Shown piece by piece: positions 62,935 to 64,000 of a DNA stretch of 64,000 bases. Where the stretch lies: contig OZ253470.1 of NCBI GenBank assembly GCA_965261735.1, positions 2,176,001 through 2,240,000 of the forward strand. The letters run 5' to 3'. How positions within the stretch are numbered: the stretch's first letter is position 1; every line of letters starts with the position of its first letter. This DNA comes from Alphaproteobacteria bacterium. GTDB lineage: Bacteria; Pseudomonadota; Alphaproteobacteria; SHVV01. A model generated the notes under the pieces. That model was given only the letters and a program-made list of their open reading frames with translations. It was not told the origin of the DNA and did no database searches. Made by a program: the position numbers and the translations under genes.

Positions 62935-64000
62935 CTTGCCTATCCGGTTAACGCCCATGACCGCTACATGTAGGGTGCCGCCACTCTCCCGAGTAAAGCT
63001 CGGCATAGGTTGGAGCAGAGGTGTCGCCCGCGATGCCGAGCAATGAGCGGAAGGCGTTGAACGGGTAGAACCGCCTGTTGAAGCGGAAGGTGAACTCGTT
63101 GAGGTAGGCTTGTAGGTGCTGGTGGCTAACGCCGTGGTGGATATCGATCAGCCACGTCTTCAGGTTGGCGAAAACCAGATGGATGATCGGCAGGTATTGC
63201 TCGGCAACCTCTGGATCACCACACTCGGCAACAGCGAAGTGCTCATAGCCGCGCTTACCGAGGCCAGCATAGCCGCTCCAATCGTCAGTAACGATCAGCG
63301 ATCGCGGCGCGACGGTGCTCTCGACGAACCCACAGAGCGACTCGGCGCTACGGTCGAGCACGACGGCGAGCCGAACGCGTCCGGCATAGCGTCCGTCTTT
63401 CCGGTTGTCGAGCTTGGTGCCCGGCTTTCGATGACGCACCTCGATGGCACAGGAGACGGGAACCTTGTGGTGAACACCACGGCCTTCCCCACGCGTTCGC
63501 CCGCCAACCCAGGTTTCGTCCACCTCAACATGGTTCTTGGGCTGTCCACCGATCCTGTCTTGGTTGGGCCGCACCATGCCCGAGCGGAGCTTGTGGAGAA
63601 TTTGAAAGGCCGTCTCGTAGCGCGAAAGACCAAGTTACCGCTGAAACTGCACGGCGGACATGCCGGGCGTCTGACTGGCGACCAGATAAGCGGCCCAGAA
63701 CCAGACGTTCAGCGGAGTGTGGCTACGCTCCATCACTGTTCCCACCGTCAGCCCGGTGTTCTGGCGGCACTTGCGGCAGCGCAGGACGCCAGGGCGGTTT
63801 TCAAAGTGGAACGGCTCTCCCGCCGTGCCGCAGTGCGGGCAGGCAAAGCCGTCTCCCCAGCGGGCTTTCTCCAGGTAGGCGGCGCAGGCCGCATCATCGG
63901 GGAAAAGTCGCTGGAACTCGGGTAGCGAATGCGGGAATGGGAGATCGGCGCGGTCGAGAACATCCATGGCGCGCTCCCCTATATCCGGTTTGCGCCCATT
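62935..64000 (-). mobile_element. IS1595 copy 4 with a nonsense mutation; runs off the window
   Basis: Same end sequence; CAA->TAA at 63635-63637 splits the transposase. Confidence 0.93.

Overview
High-GC alphaproteobacterial (Rhodospirillales-like, inferred from the rpoH2/carD/fdxA/helicase/scpA/meaB/rpmB/queF backbone) chromosomal window. The standout is a ~12.7-kb catabolic locus (10.3-23.0 kb) with SIX diverged paralogs of one pentein (amidinotransferase/arginine deiminase/DDAH-fold) enzyme. Five are in a tandem array and one is in the divergent operon. They share a near-invariant ~45-aa N-terminal arm but vary at active-site positions. They are clustered with an NMT1/TauA-type ABC binding protein and permease, a DddP-like M24 metallo-enzyme, an MsmA/MsmB-like Rieske oxygenase pair and a DinB protein. 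Two decayed islands follow. One is tRNA-Arg(CCT)-adjacent (23.4-31.3 kb: IS1595 x2, nested IS3, IS256, broken sortase/sortase-target and PEP-CTERM genes). The other lies after queF (50.8-56.7 kb: IS256, an HTH replication gene with iteron-like repeats, and a capsid-protease-connector-portal head module resembling a capsid-forming satellite). Many genes are interrupted by frameshifts, stops or a duplication, suggesting genome erosion, although some single-base indels may be sequencing errors. All calls are by eye from motifs; no database search was run.
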